32,000 bases of DNA from NCBI GenBank assembly GCA_964565945.1, contig CAZMGY010000036.1, forward strand, positions 5,405 to 37,404, read 5' to 3'. The notes under the pieces are model-generated. The model worked only from the letters and a program-made list of their open reading frames with translations, did not search any database and was not told the DNA's origin. This DNA comes from an uncultured bacterium. GTDB lineage: Bacteria > GCA-001730085. Shown here piece by piece: positions 9,059 to 17,232 of this stretch (within the stretch, counting starts at the first letter, position 1; every line of letters begins with the position of its first letter). The position numbers and the translations under genes were made by a program.

Positions 9059-9573
9059 ATCATTATCAACTTTGGGAAAAAGCTTTGCAAAAAACCGAAA
9101 TTATTCGACCACGGATGCTACCTTTATCATCCGAGCGCAACACTCAATTGTCATATATTTTTTTAGCCCGCTCCTCGCTTACACCTCAAACAACGGTAAT
9201 CCGACAAGGGTATGTGGACGTGGGAAAGCCCTCAATTATCTTGCCACCAAGCTTACCTCACTTAGAAGGTTTTGAATTTCAGGATATGGAACAAACTGCG
9301 ATCAACTTTTTACTGATCCGCGGAATCAAATTTCCCTCCCTCAAATATCTTAATCAAATCAAACATTTAGATATCTACGATGGTGATCTCGATCAAGCAC
9401 GCGCCTTCTATTTAAATCGCTTACAACGCGAAGAAAACATTCAAACAAGTTTCATATTGGGCTCAGAAGATAGCTGGCAATACTCGGTTTTGATTTTTGT
9501 CTGCATGATGGCGTCACGCGTTGCAGAAAAAGATATCACCGCTCTCATGGATGAGTTCAACCAAGACAAATAA
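9055..9573 (+). CDS. hypothetical protein (no recognisable domain)
   Basis: 172-aa ORF with no signal peptide or TM segment. Its ATG overlaps the stop of the UPF0104 gene (ATGA at 9055-9058), which suggests translational coupling. Confidence 0.55.
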   Translation: MNHYQLWEKALQKTEIIRPRMLPLSSERNTQLSYIFLARSSLTPQTTVIRQGYVDVGKPSIILPPSLPHLEGFEFQDMEQTAINFLLIRGIKFPSLKYLNQIKHLDIYDGDLDQARAFYLNRLQREENIQTSFILGSEDSWQYSVLIFVCMMASRVAEKDITALMDEFNQDK

Positions 9574-9590
9574 TTACCTAAGGATGATGA

Positions 9591-9767
9591 ATGAAAACAC
9601 TAATCAAAGGCCTGGTTATTCCTTTTTTGTTGTTAGCCCTAACCTTAACTCAAGGATGTGGACACACAAAAGTCGATGAAAAAGGGGAATGGAAAGGCAT
9701 CTGGAACACCGTTGGCATGGGGCTCATTATTGCCGCCGCATTCATTGCTGCCGATTTAACCTCCTAA
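9591..9767 (+). CDS. small lipoprotein with a C-terminal hydrophobic helix (58 aa; below the ORF-track cutoff)
   Basis: My own translation: MKTLIKGLVIPFLLLALTLTQGCGHTKVDEKGEWKGIWNTVGMGLIIAAAFIAADLTS*. It has a signal peptide with an LTQGC lipobox, SD AAGGA 7 nt upstream of the ATG, and starts 17 nt after the previous stop. Confidence 0.5.
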   Translation: MKTLIKGLVIPFLLLALTLTQGCGHTKVDEKGEWKGIWNTVGMGLIIAAAFIAADLTS

Positions 9768-9979
9768 ATCTCTAGCCAAATCTAGGCATGATGCTTATAA
9801 ATCTGTCCCCATTCAAAATACCATTGGCATTAACTAAGTCAAAACGAGCCCCACCTTGTAACAAAGCGTCTATCAGATTTTTTTTTCAATCAATTGATAA
9901 AATGTTGCGGCTGGATTAAGCGATGGGAGAGCTAAAATAAGCAATCTTTCGTTATGCCTATAAAGTTAAAATTCTCACC

Positions 9980-10012
9980 TTGACATATTACTGAAGCTGC
10001 GTTTAATATAAT
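9980..10012 (+). promoter_or_regulatory. candidate promoter for trxA
   Basis: TTGACA at 9980-9985, followed either by TAATAT (10004-10009, 18-nt spacer) or TATAAT (10007-10012, 21-nt spacer). It lies about 40 nt upstream of the trxA ATG and its AAAGAGGAG SD. Confidence 0.3.
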
Positions 10013-10049
10013 GTTTTCTTGTATGTTTTGATAAAAAGAGGAGTTTGTC

Positions 10050-10370
10050 ATGTCCGTAGTAGTACTTAGCACCCATAATTTTTCAACGGAAGTTCTCGAA
10101 TCCGATCAACCTGTTGTGGTTGACTTTTATGCCGATTGGTGTGGTCCTTGCAAAATGGTAGCACCTATCCTCGAAAAATTATCGAATGATTATGATGGAA
10201 AAGTAAAATTTGCCAAATTAGACATCGACAATGCTCAAGAGCTGGCTGCACAGTATGAGGTTTCTAGCATTCCAACATTGATTTTATTCAAAGATGGAAA
10301 TAAAGCAGATCAAGCCGTGGGTGCTCTGCCCAAAGGACAAATTGAAGACTTTGTGAACAAATCCCTTTAA
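10050..10370 (+). CDS. trxA: thioredoxin
   Basis: 106 aa with the active site DFYADWCGPCK and SIPTLILFKDG. Confidence 0.92.
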   Translation: MSVVVLSTHNFSTEVLESDQPVVVDFYADWCGPCKMVAPILEKLSNDYDGKVKFAKLDIDNAQELAAQYEVSSIPTLILFKDGNKADQAVGALPKGQIEDFVNKSL

Positions 10371-11032
10371 TGAACGACCTGTTTATCACGGCAACAGGGA
10401 CAGATGTGGGTAAGACACATTTGTCCCTGCTTATCTTACGCTGGTTACAATCCGAACATTGTAGTCCTATTTACTATAAACCGTTAGCCACAGGGTGCCG
10501 TCTCGAGCAAACAAAACTCTTCGTACCCGATCTAGATGCGATTGCCTCATGCATAGATATCCCAACCCACACCAGTTTTGTCTATGAACCACCACAAGCT
10601 CCCTATGCTGTTCCAAAACATCTTTCTAACAAGCAAGGACCCGAAACCATTTTGCAAGCCTACCAAAAATTACAAGCCAAGGATCAAACCGTGATTGTTG
10701 AGGGTATCGGAGGTGTTGCCGTTCCCTTATGGTTCCAATATAGAGTTTCCGATTTAATGGTGGACTTAAATCTTCCGGTTCTTTTGGTGGCCGATGCCAA
10801 CCTCGGTACAATTAACCATACCTTACTCAGCCTTGAACACTTGCAAAGCAAGCAGATCAAGGTTCTGGGATTCATTCTCAATCACCCCGAAGATACTAAA
10901 GACTCTTCAAGCGCTAGCAATGTCAAAGTTATCTCAGATTTTACTGACATTCCCTACCTTTTTACGGTAGAATACGGTCAAGATAGGTTCACAGAAGATC
11001 AAATCAATGTGCTTAAGGGAGTTTTAGGATGA
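10370..11032 (+). CDS. bioD: dethiobiotin synthase
   Basis: P-loop-like FITATGTDVGKTH, VEGIGGVAVP and ADANLGTINHTLL blocks characteristic of BioD. Its ATG shares one base with the trxA stop (TAATG). Confidence 0.8.
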   Translation: MNDLFITATGTDVGKTHLSLLILRWLQSEHCSPIYYKPLATGCRLEQTKLFVPDLDAIASCIDIPTHTSFVYEPPQAPYAVPKHLSNKQGPETILQAYQKLQAKDQTVIVEGIGGVAVPLWFQYRVSDLMVDLNLPVLLVADANLGTINHTLLSLEHLQSKQIKVLGFILNHPEDTKDSSSASNVKVISDFTDIPYLFTVEYGQDRFTEDQINVLKGVLG

Positions 11033-11652
11033 AAGAGAGGATCCTAACATTATGTCTATGTATCATAAGTTGTGTTGGCTTCACAGGTTTGATCAATGCT
11101 AAAGAACCAAGCGACTTACGTGCCATACATTTCACACAAACGATTGACTCCCTCAAGAAAGGGCGCATTCTTGAACATAAAATATGGATGAAAAACGACA
11201 AGCTCCGGATGGAATATATGCAACAAGGCCAATTGTTTGTTCTGATCATCAATAACAAGCAAGTCTACACCTATCTGCCCAGCCGTAAATTTGGCACCGT
11301 GACTAAGTATGAGAAAGATGCGCTTGATAACTATCAAATCAAGCCCGAAATGATGCAATCCGTCACTCGTCTCAAAGACCATCTGACGCTGATGCAAGCG
11401 CAAAAAGTCGGACAAGAGAAAATTTATGGCCAAAAATGTGACATTTATCAATTCAAAGATCCCCATAGTCACGACATCAACACCCTTTGGATTAGCCAGG
11501 AGCTGCAATTCCCCCTCAAGTCACAAACCAAACTTGCAGGTGATATCTTAACCATTCACTACAAAAATATCGAAATCAGTAGGGATCTTAAAGACCACTT
11601 GTTTGTTGTAGCGAATGATATACGTATCGAACCGTTGCAGTCGAATAGCTAA
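11029..11652 (+). CDS. secreted hypothetical protein, possibly of LolA-like / lipoprotein-sorting fold
   Basis: N-terminal signal peptide MKERILTLCLCIISCVGFTGLINA|KE. The beta-rich sequence pattern (…KIWMKNDKLRMEY…LIINNKQVYTYLP…) resembles LolA-like/DUF4412-type proteins; the fold call is tentative. ATGA overlap with bioD. Confidence 0.55.
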   Translation: MKERILTLCLCIISCVGFTGLINAKEPSDLRAIHFTQTIDSLKKGRILEHKIWMKNDKLRMEYMQQGQLFVLIINNKQVYTYLPSRKFGTVTKYEKDALDNYQIKPEMMQSVTRLKDHLTLMQAQKVGQEKIYGQKCDIYQFKDPHSHDINTLWISQELQFPLKSQTKLAGDILTIHYKNIEISRDLKDHLFVVANDIRIEPLQSNS

Positions 11653-11812
11653 AAACATTTTTAAGAATAATTTACTATGATTAATACGATAATGTCATGA
11701 CTACAAAACGTATCCGTATAAACGATGCTTATCGGGTTTAACTTTTTTCTTTATAATAGGGATCAAAGTTTCTATTTTAGCATCTGGAATTACGACTGTA
11801 AAATTCAACGCC

Positions 11813-12562
11813 TTAGAGTTTTAAATTCCATGTGTCTTGACTATATTTGCTCTCAACAAGCTCATCGGCTTCTTGAAGATCCCCCTCGTTCCATTTTATC
11901 TGTTCCCGAACAAGGAGATGTTGGCTCACAAGCTGCTCTAAGCCCTTAAGATCCAACGAAAAACCTTCCGACTGCAAATCACTCACAAACTGGCGATGTT
12001 TTTTGTGATCCCGGTAGTCGGGCTGAACCTTTGGTTCGCGCAAATAACGCTCAATTGCATCGACGTGAGGGAGCGTCATAAGTGTGCCATGATGTAACAC
12101 CATCTGTTTGCGTCGCGCCTGGGCATTGCCCGAAACTTTACGACCATTCAAACAAAAATCCGAATGACCAGCCATCTCTAAAAAAGGTAAATCACATGGC
12201 CTAAGTGCTTGATTGAGCCAGTGCAATGCAAACTGATACGAACCAGCAATCGTCGCGCATTCTGGGAAAAGGGCTATCGGTAGGGCTAAGGTGTAATTCA
12301 AGGTTCCTGGCAAATGGAGAACCGTGCCACCACCACTGAAACGACGCAAAATAGGGACTTGATCCTTCAAGCAAGACTCTTCGAAAACTTCATCCCGCCA
12401 ACGTTTGCCAATGCCCAAATAAATAACTGGAATGAGGTTTTCCCATAGACGGACATAAGGGAAGCCTGTCGCAATGGCTTTGTTCAAAAGAACTTCATCT
12501 AAAGCAATATTGCGAGCAGGTGAGGGATCCGAATGGACCACTAAACCGAATCGGGTGTCCAT
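11813..12562 (-). CDS. lipoate/octanoate protein ligase-transferase family protein (BPL_LplA_LipB catalytic domain only)
   Basis: 249 aa with the LRRFSGGGTVLH and GRKVSGNAQARRK…LHHGTL (catalytic Lys) blocks of the LplA/LipM/LipL family. It lacks the LplA C-terminal accessory domain. It overlaps the gcvPB 3' end by 22 nt. Confidence 0.8.
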   Translation of the reverse strand: MDTRFGLVVHSDPSPARNIALDEVLLNKAIATGFPYVRLWENLIPVIYLGIGKRWRDEVFEESCLKDQVPILRRFSGGGTVLHLPGTLNYTLALPIALFPECATIAGSYQFALHWLNQALRPCDLPFLEMAGHSDFCLNGRKVSGNAQARRKQMVLHHGTLMTLPHVDAIERYLREPKVQPDYRDHKKHRQFVSDLQSEGFSLDLKGLEQLVSQHLLVREQIKWNEGDLQEADELVESKYSQDTWNLKL

Positions 12563-13998
12563 CTCAACTTAGGCCTACGCGCAGCCATAACCTCATCAAT
12601 TTGACGAACAACCGTGCTATGAGGGGCCTGTTGGACCATTTCGGGATTGTCACGACATTCTTGAGCAATCTTCTTCAAGTCCTCAATGAATTGATCCATT
12701 GTTTCTAAACTTTCCGTCTCGGTCGGTTCAATCATAAGCGCTTCATCGACAATCAAAGGAAAATAAATTGTCGGTGGATAATAGCCCTTATCAATCAAAC
12801 GTTTGGCCAAATGCTTGGTATGAACTCCAAATTCTTGTTGCCATTTGCTTGATAAAACAAATTCATGCATACAAATACGATCGTAGGGGAGAAAGAACTC
12901 TTTCTCCAAAGCACGCATCATATAGTTGGCATTAAGCACCGCACTTTCGCTCACATCTTTCAAACCATCCGCACCCAACAGCTTCATGTAAACATAGGCA
13001 CGCACAAACACCAAGAAATTACCCCCAAACGCCATCAATCGACCTATCGAGGTGTCTTCATGATCTTGACTATAAGCATAAGCTTCAGCTGTTTTGAAAA
13101 CGTGTTGGGGTGGTAAAAAAGGAATCAAGTGTTTCTTAACACCAACAGGTCCTGCGCCAGGACCGCCTCCACCATGTGGAGTTGAAAAAGTTTTATGCAA
13201 ATTGATATGAATCACATCAAAACCCATGTCGCCGGGGCGACATTTGCCCATAATCGCATTAAAATTAGCACCATCATAGTAAAGCAAGCCCCCAGCCTGA
13301 TGCACCAAAGACGAAATGTCCAAAATATTTTCATCAAACAAGCCCAGAGTATTCGGATTTGTGGTCATCAGACCAGAAACATCATCGCCCAAATTCTCTT
13401 TCAGGTGCTCCATATCCACACCACCTCGCTCATCGGAACGAATCGAAACCACATCATAGCCACAAAGAGCCGCCGATGAAGGATTGGTCCCATGCGCAGC
13501 ATCGGGAATAAGAATTTTACGACGTTGCTCATGCTCACCACGGCTTTGGTGATAAGCTTTGATCAACATAAGTCCTGTCAACTCGCCGTGCGCACCAGCC
13601 GCTGGTTCCAAAGTAAAAGCATCCATGCCAGACAAAGCTCCCAGCATACGCTGCACTTCATAAATGATGTACATATTGCCCTGAACCGTTGAGGCATCAG
13701 CCAAAGGATGGGCCTGCGTAAAAGAGGGCATGGCAGCCATTTCTTCATGCAAGCGTGGATTATATTTCATGGTGCATGATCCTAAAGGATAAAAATGATT
13801 ATCGATGCCTTTGTTAAGATACGAAAGGGCGGTGTAATGCCTAACCACATCAAGTTCACTCACTTCGGGTAAATTCGCTTGATCAGTACGCAAAAGACTG
13901 GCATCAACTGAGCTCTCAAGATCAAATGGGGCAAACGCCATATCCCTTAAAGAAAAAGATCGATGTCCCTGAGCACTTTTCTCAAAAATTGTTTTCAT
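12541..13998 (-). CDS. gcvPB: glycine dehydrogenase (decarboxylating) subunit 2
   Basis: 485 aa. The PLP-lysine block INLHKTFSTPHGGGGPGAGP matches the P-protein C-terminal half. Confidence 0.93.
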   Translation of the reverse strand: MKTIFEKSAQGHRSFSLRDMAFAPFDLESSVDASLLRTDQANLPEVSELDVVRHYTALSYLNKGIDNHFYPLGSCTMKYNPRLHEEMAAMPSFTQAHPLADASTVQGNMYIIYEVQRMLGALSGMDAFTLEPAAGAHGELTGLMLIKAYHQSRGEHEQRRKILIPDAAHGTNPSSAALCGYDVVSIRSDERGGVDMEHLKENLGDDVSGLMTTNPNTLGLFDENILDISSLVHQAGGLLYYDGANFNAIMGKCRPGDMGFDVIHINLHKTFSTPHGGGGPGAGPVGVKKHLIPFLPPQHVFKTAEAYAYSQDHEDTSIGRLMAFGGNFLVFVRAYVYMKLLGADGLKDVSESAVLNANYMMRALEKEFFLPYDRICMHEFVLSSKWQQEFGVHTKHLAKRLIDKGYYPPTIYFPLIVDEALMIEPTETESLETMDQFIEDLKKIAQECRDNPEMVQQAPHSTVVRQIDEVMAARRPKLRWTPDSV

Positions 13999-15326
13999 TA
14001 AAACACCTCACGGACTGCTGCCAGCGTTTGTGTTTGCAAAAATTGAACCAAGGCTTTCAACTGGTTTTCGGTTTTCTTCTCCGTCACAGCAATCAACAAA
14101 CAGTGGTCCCAATCCGAACGATAAAGAGCAAGGTCATAGCCAAGAATAAGATTTTCTTTACGAGCCATCGCACAATAATCACGAACCAAACCAGGTAATT
14201 CCACCACAATTTCGCAGTAAGACGTGCCTAGATCCCAAATCTTTACACCCTCGATATCCTGCAAGGCTTTACGCAAATAGATCAATCTCTTATGTGAAGC
14301 TTCGGCCACTTGTTTCATGCCATCAAAGCCCATATAGGCCATATACATCGCTCCGCGTAAAGCGAGGAGTGCTTGATTGGTGCATATATTCGAGGTCGCT
14401 TTTTCACGGCGAATGTGTTGCTCACGTGCCTGCAAGGTTAACACATAGGCTTTCCGGCCTTCAACATCCACCGATTCGCCACAGATACGACCAGGCAATT
14501 GGCGCACATATTTTTGACGCGTGGCAATAAAACCAAAGTAGGGACCACCATAAGAAAGAGGAACCCCCAAGGGTTGCCCTTCACCAACAACAATGTCGGC
14601 ACCCATCGACACTGGGGTGCGAAACAAGGCCAAAGCCATCGGATTGGTTACCACAATCAATAAAGCGCCAGCTTGCTGACACATTTCGGCCAAAGCTGTT
14701 AAATCTTCAACTGTTCCTAAAAAATTAGGGTACTGCACGATCACAGCAGTGATGTTTTGCTGAACAGACTCCACAAAACTGCTTCGTTCGAAAGTGAAAT
14801 CCGCCCCGCGCATATGCGTTTCGATCACCTCGCGATACAAAGGGTTCAAAGGATCAGCAATCACCACATGACGACGACGATTGATGCGTGCAGCCATTAA
14901 GATGGCCTCCCAAATCGCCGTGCTTCCATCATACAAAGACGCATTTGATACGTCGGCACCAGTTAGTTCACAAATCATGGTTTGATACTCAAAAATGGCC
15001 TGCAAAAGACCCTGACTTATTTCAGGTTGGTAAGGAGTATACGATGTTAAAAACTCACCTCGGCCCACAAGAGCATTTAAAATGGGCGGAATAAAATGAT
15101 CATAGGCACCCGCTCCTAAAAAACTATTCATATTATGAGCGGTGTTGCGCGCAGCCAATTCTTGCATATGTGCTTGAACAGTAATCATATCCGAACCTTC
15201 ATCCATATCAATTTCAGGATTCAGGAGACTGTCATTGACATCGGAAAACAGCTGATCAATATGATCACAGCCCAATGTTTTCAACATTTTTTGACGGTCT
15301 TGCTCCGTGTGAGGTACATAATACAT
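13998..15326 (-). CDS. gcvPA: glycine dehydrogenase (decarboxylating) subunit 1
   Basis: 442 aa. The SYTPYQPEISQGLLQAIFEYQTMI block is typical of the P-protein N-terminal half. Its stop shares one base with the gcvPB ATG. Confidence 0.93.
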   Translation of the reverse strand: MYYVPHTEQDRQKMLKTLGCDHIDQLFSDVNDSLLNPEIDMDEGSDMITVQAHMQELAARNTAHNMNSFLGAGAYDHFIPPILNALVGRGEFLTSYTPYQPEISQGLLQAIFEYQTMICELTGADVSNASLYDGSTAIWEAILMAARINRRRHVVIADPLNPLYREVIETHMRGADFTFERSSFVESVQQNITAVIVQYPNFLGTVEDLTALAEMCQQAGALLIVVTNPMALALFRTPVSMGADIVVGEGQPLGVPLSYGGPYFGFIATRQKYVRQLPGRICGESVDVEGRKAYVLTLQAREQHIRREKATSNICTNQALLALRGAMYMAYMGFDGMKQVAEASHKRLIYLRKALQDIEGVKIWDLGTSYCEIVVELPGLVRDYCAMARKENLILGYDLALYRSDWDHCLLIAVTEKKTENQLKALVQFLQTQTLAAVREVF

Positions 15327-15334
15327 AAAGTGAT

Positions 15335-15736
15335 TTATCCTTCTTTATCAACAAACTCTTGATAAGATTCGACATCCATCAGCTGATCGAGCTCGTCTTC
15401 GTTAATATCTTCGAGTGTAAACAAATATCCTGCCTCATAAGGATCTTGATTGATATAGCCAGGCTCATCCAGAAGGTTTTTGTTCGCCGTCACCACGGTT
15501 CCCGAAAGAGGACTGTAGATGTCCGAGGCGGATTTGACTGATTCAACCACCGCACAGGCTTCGTGTTGCTGAACTTTTTGTCCTTCGAAAGGTAGTTCAA
15601 CAAAAACAATCTCACTCAACTTTTGTTGTGCATGATCGGTGATCCCAACCTTAGCTTGTCCGTCTTTCACCACAACCCACTCGTGCTCTTCACTGTAACG
15701 AGCTTTCTTTAGCGTTTCATGAGACATGTGTTTCAC
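15335..15736 (-). CDS. gcvH: glycine cleavage system H protein
   Basis: YSEEHEWV near the N-terminus and the lipoyl-lysine block VESVKSASDIYSPLSG. The true start could be the second ATG (MSHETL…, 15727). Confidence 0.9.
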   Translation of the reverse strand: MKHMSHETLKKARYSEEHEWVVVKDGQAKVGITDHAQQKLSEIVFVELPFEGQKVQQHEACAVVESVKSASDIYSPLSGTVVTANKNLLDEPGYINQDPYEAGYLFTLEDINEDELDQLMDVESYQEFVDKEG

Positions 15737-16826
15737 TCCTTTGTTTCAATGTATTTTGTTTAATTGACGTCGACCTTACAAATGGCAAGGCAACAACATC
15801 GACCACAACTTTCTTTTGACGAATTTGAATCATTAACTGTTTAGCATCGCGCATTGACCACGGAACGCGAGCCAAACCAATCGCTTTTTGCAAAGTAGGG
15901 GACCAGGTCCCACTGGTGACAAGACCAACAACATTTGGACCATCTTTAACCTCGGCATTGTGACGAGCAATTCCCCCTTGATTGATCACAAAGGGTAAAC
16001 TGATCCACTTAGGATCTTGATCCCAAATTGCCGCTACACCGACAAAGTTTTTCTCTTGCGACACAAAATGCTCAAAGCCAACAGAACGAGGATTAACCAT
16101 TGTATCCATATCTTGTCCCATAAGAGGATAGCCCATTTCTAGGCGTAGCGTATCACGCGCACCTAAGCCCGCAGGCATTACATTTAAATCGAGCAAAGTC
16201 TTCCACAAATCTTTGGCCAAAGCACAAGGACCATAAACTTCATAACCCAACTCCCCAGTGTAACCCGTGCGAGAGACCAACAAGCGCTCATTATTATACT
16301 CGACAGCCTTAAAAGCAAAATAGGCTAAATCTTGCACACCACAGTCATCACCTAAGCATTGAGTAATCACCGTCAAGGCCTCAGGCCCTTGCAGATCTAT
16401 TTTGAACCAATTGCCCCTTTGATTATCGACACGCACATCTGCGGGTGCTAAGTTTTTAATCCAATCCCAATCGGTTTGAATGGTCAAACCATTCACAACC
16501 AACATAAAGGAATTTTGGCTGAAACGGTAAATAATCACATCATCTAAAATGCCCCCATCGTCCTGGCACAATTGTGTGTAATAACAACGCCCATCACGGG
16601 ATGAATTCAAATTTCGAGGCACCAAAGATTCAAGGAAAGCCAAAGCATTTGGACCTTCAACCAGAATTTCTCCCATATGACAAGTATCAAACATCGTCAC
16701 AGCATGGCGTGTTCGTTTATGCTCTACCACTATACCTTCGTACTGAACAGGCATCTCCCAAGGTCCAAAAGGAATCATCTTGGCGTTTAACTGAATATGT
16801 TGGTCATAAAGAACTGTTTTCAACAT
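15717..16826 (-). CDS. gcvT: aminomethyltransferase (glycine cleavage T protein)
   Basis: 369 aa with the MIPFGPWEMPVQY, HAVTMFDTCHMG and RTGYTGELGYEVY blocks. Confidence 0.92.
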   Translation of the reverse strand: MLKTVLYDQHIQLNAKMIPFGPWEMPVQYEGIVVEHKRTRHAVTMFDTCHMGEILVEGPNALAFLESLVPRNLNSSRDGRCYYTQLCQDDGGILDDVIIYRFSQNSFMLVVNGLTIQTDWDWIKNLAPADVRVDNQRGNWFKIDLQGPEALTVITQCLGDDCGVQDLAYFAFKAVEYNNERLLVSRTGYTGELGYEVYGPCALAKDLWKTLLDLNVMPAGLGARDTLRLEMGYPLMGQDMDTMVNPRSVGFEHFVSQEKNFVGVAAIWDQDPKWISLPFVINQGGIARHNAEVKDGPNVVGLVTSGTWSPTLQKAIGLARVPWSMRDAKQLMIQIRQKKVVVDVVALPFVRSTSIKQNTLKQRSETHVS

Positions 16827-17163
16827 TACACGGAACCTTTAATTTAGCATACATACAAGTCTTGCTTATAAAAATGGTATTATAACGCGTTCAAAGAATT
16901 TCAACCAGATGAGTTAAGAAAACATAACCGAAAAAGGTAACATCTCCTCGGGAAAAGGGAATAACACACAGGCAATCCCTTAATTTTCGTTAGGCTCTTT
17001 GTTTGCCACCTTTACACACAATCACATAATTGCCATGGTGTGGGCTAAGACATGTTTTAGTATATTATTGAATAAGCATAACAAGACGTCAATTAAATAA
17101 ACGCATCTTACGGTGTTAATAAAAGTATTCGGATTAAACATGAACTAACTTTTGTTTATATTA

Positions 17164-17192
17164 TTGCGTCCTTATCCTTTTTTGCCTATAAT
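17164..17192 (+). promoter_or_regulatory. candidate promoter for the epimerase-rfbC-glyQS gene string
   Basis: TTGCGT (17164-17169), 17-nt spacer, TATAAT (17187-17192), about 40 nt upstream of ATG 17233 and its AGGGAG SD. Confidence 0.4.
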
Positions 17193-17232
17193 CAAGCGGT
17201 GTAATTATACACATATGCAGAGGGAGCTGACT

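Noticed and set aside
7324-9767. tRNA-Arg-flanked genomic islet
   Set aside because: There is no integrase, I found no direct repeat of the tRNA 3' end downstream, and there is no obvious compositional break.
9878-9886. T9 run as a rho-independent terminator after the small lipoprotein gene
   Set aside because: No convincing GC-rich stem-loop precedes it. Other candidate hairpins, near 11740 and 21675, have only 4-5-bp stems.
11116-11508. 130-aa minus-strand ORF antisense to the LolA-like gene, and similarly 24896-25330 antisense to the SH3b gene
   Set aside because: They have no SD or signal features. The plus-strand genes carry clear signal peptides and domain patterns, so these are typical antisense shadows.
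16886-17060. Annotating a glycine riboswitch upstream of gcvT
   Set aside because: I found only short partial resemblances to the conserved cores and could not build the P1-P3 architecture by eye. I report it as an open question, not as a feature.
17143-17157. Exact 15-nt repeat AACTAACTTTTGTTT, also at 21702-21716, both upstream of plus-strand promoter candidates
   Set aside because: A single AT-rich 15-mer match in 32 kb is about what chance allows. The two copies sit at different distances from their putative -35 elements and there is no dyad symmetry.
17152-17232. TTG-initiated 27-codon extension of the epimerase ORF
   Set aside because: It starts upstream of the predicted promoter (17164-17192). 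The Rossmann motif begins right after the ATG at 17233, which has its own SD.
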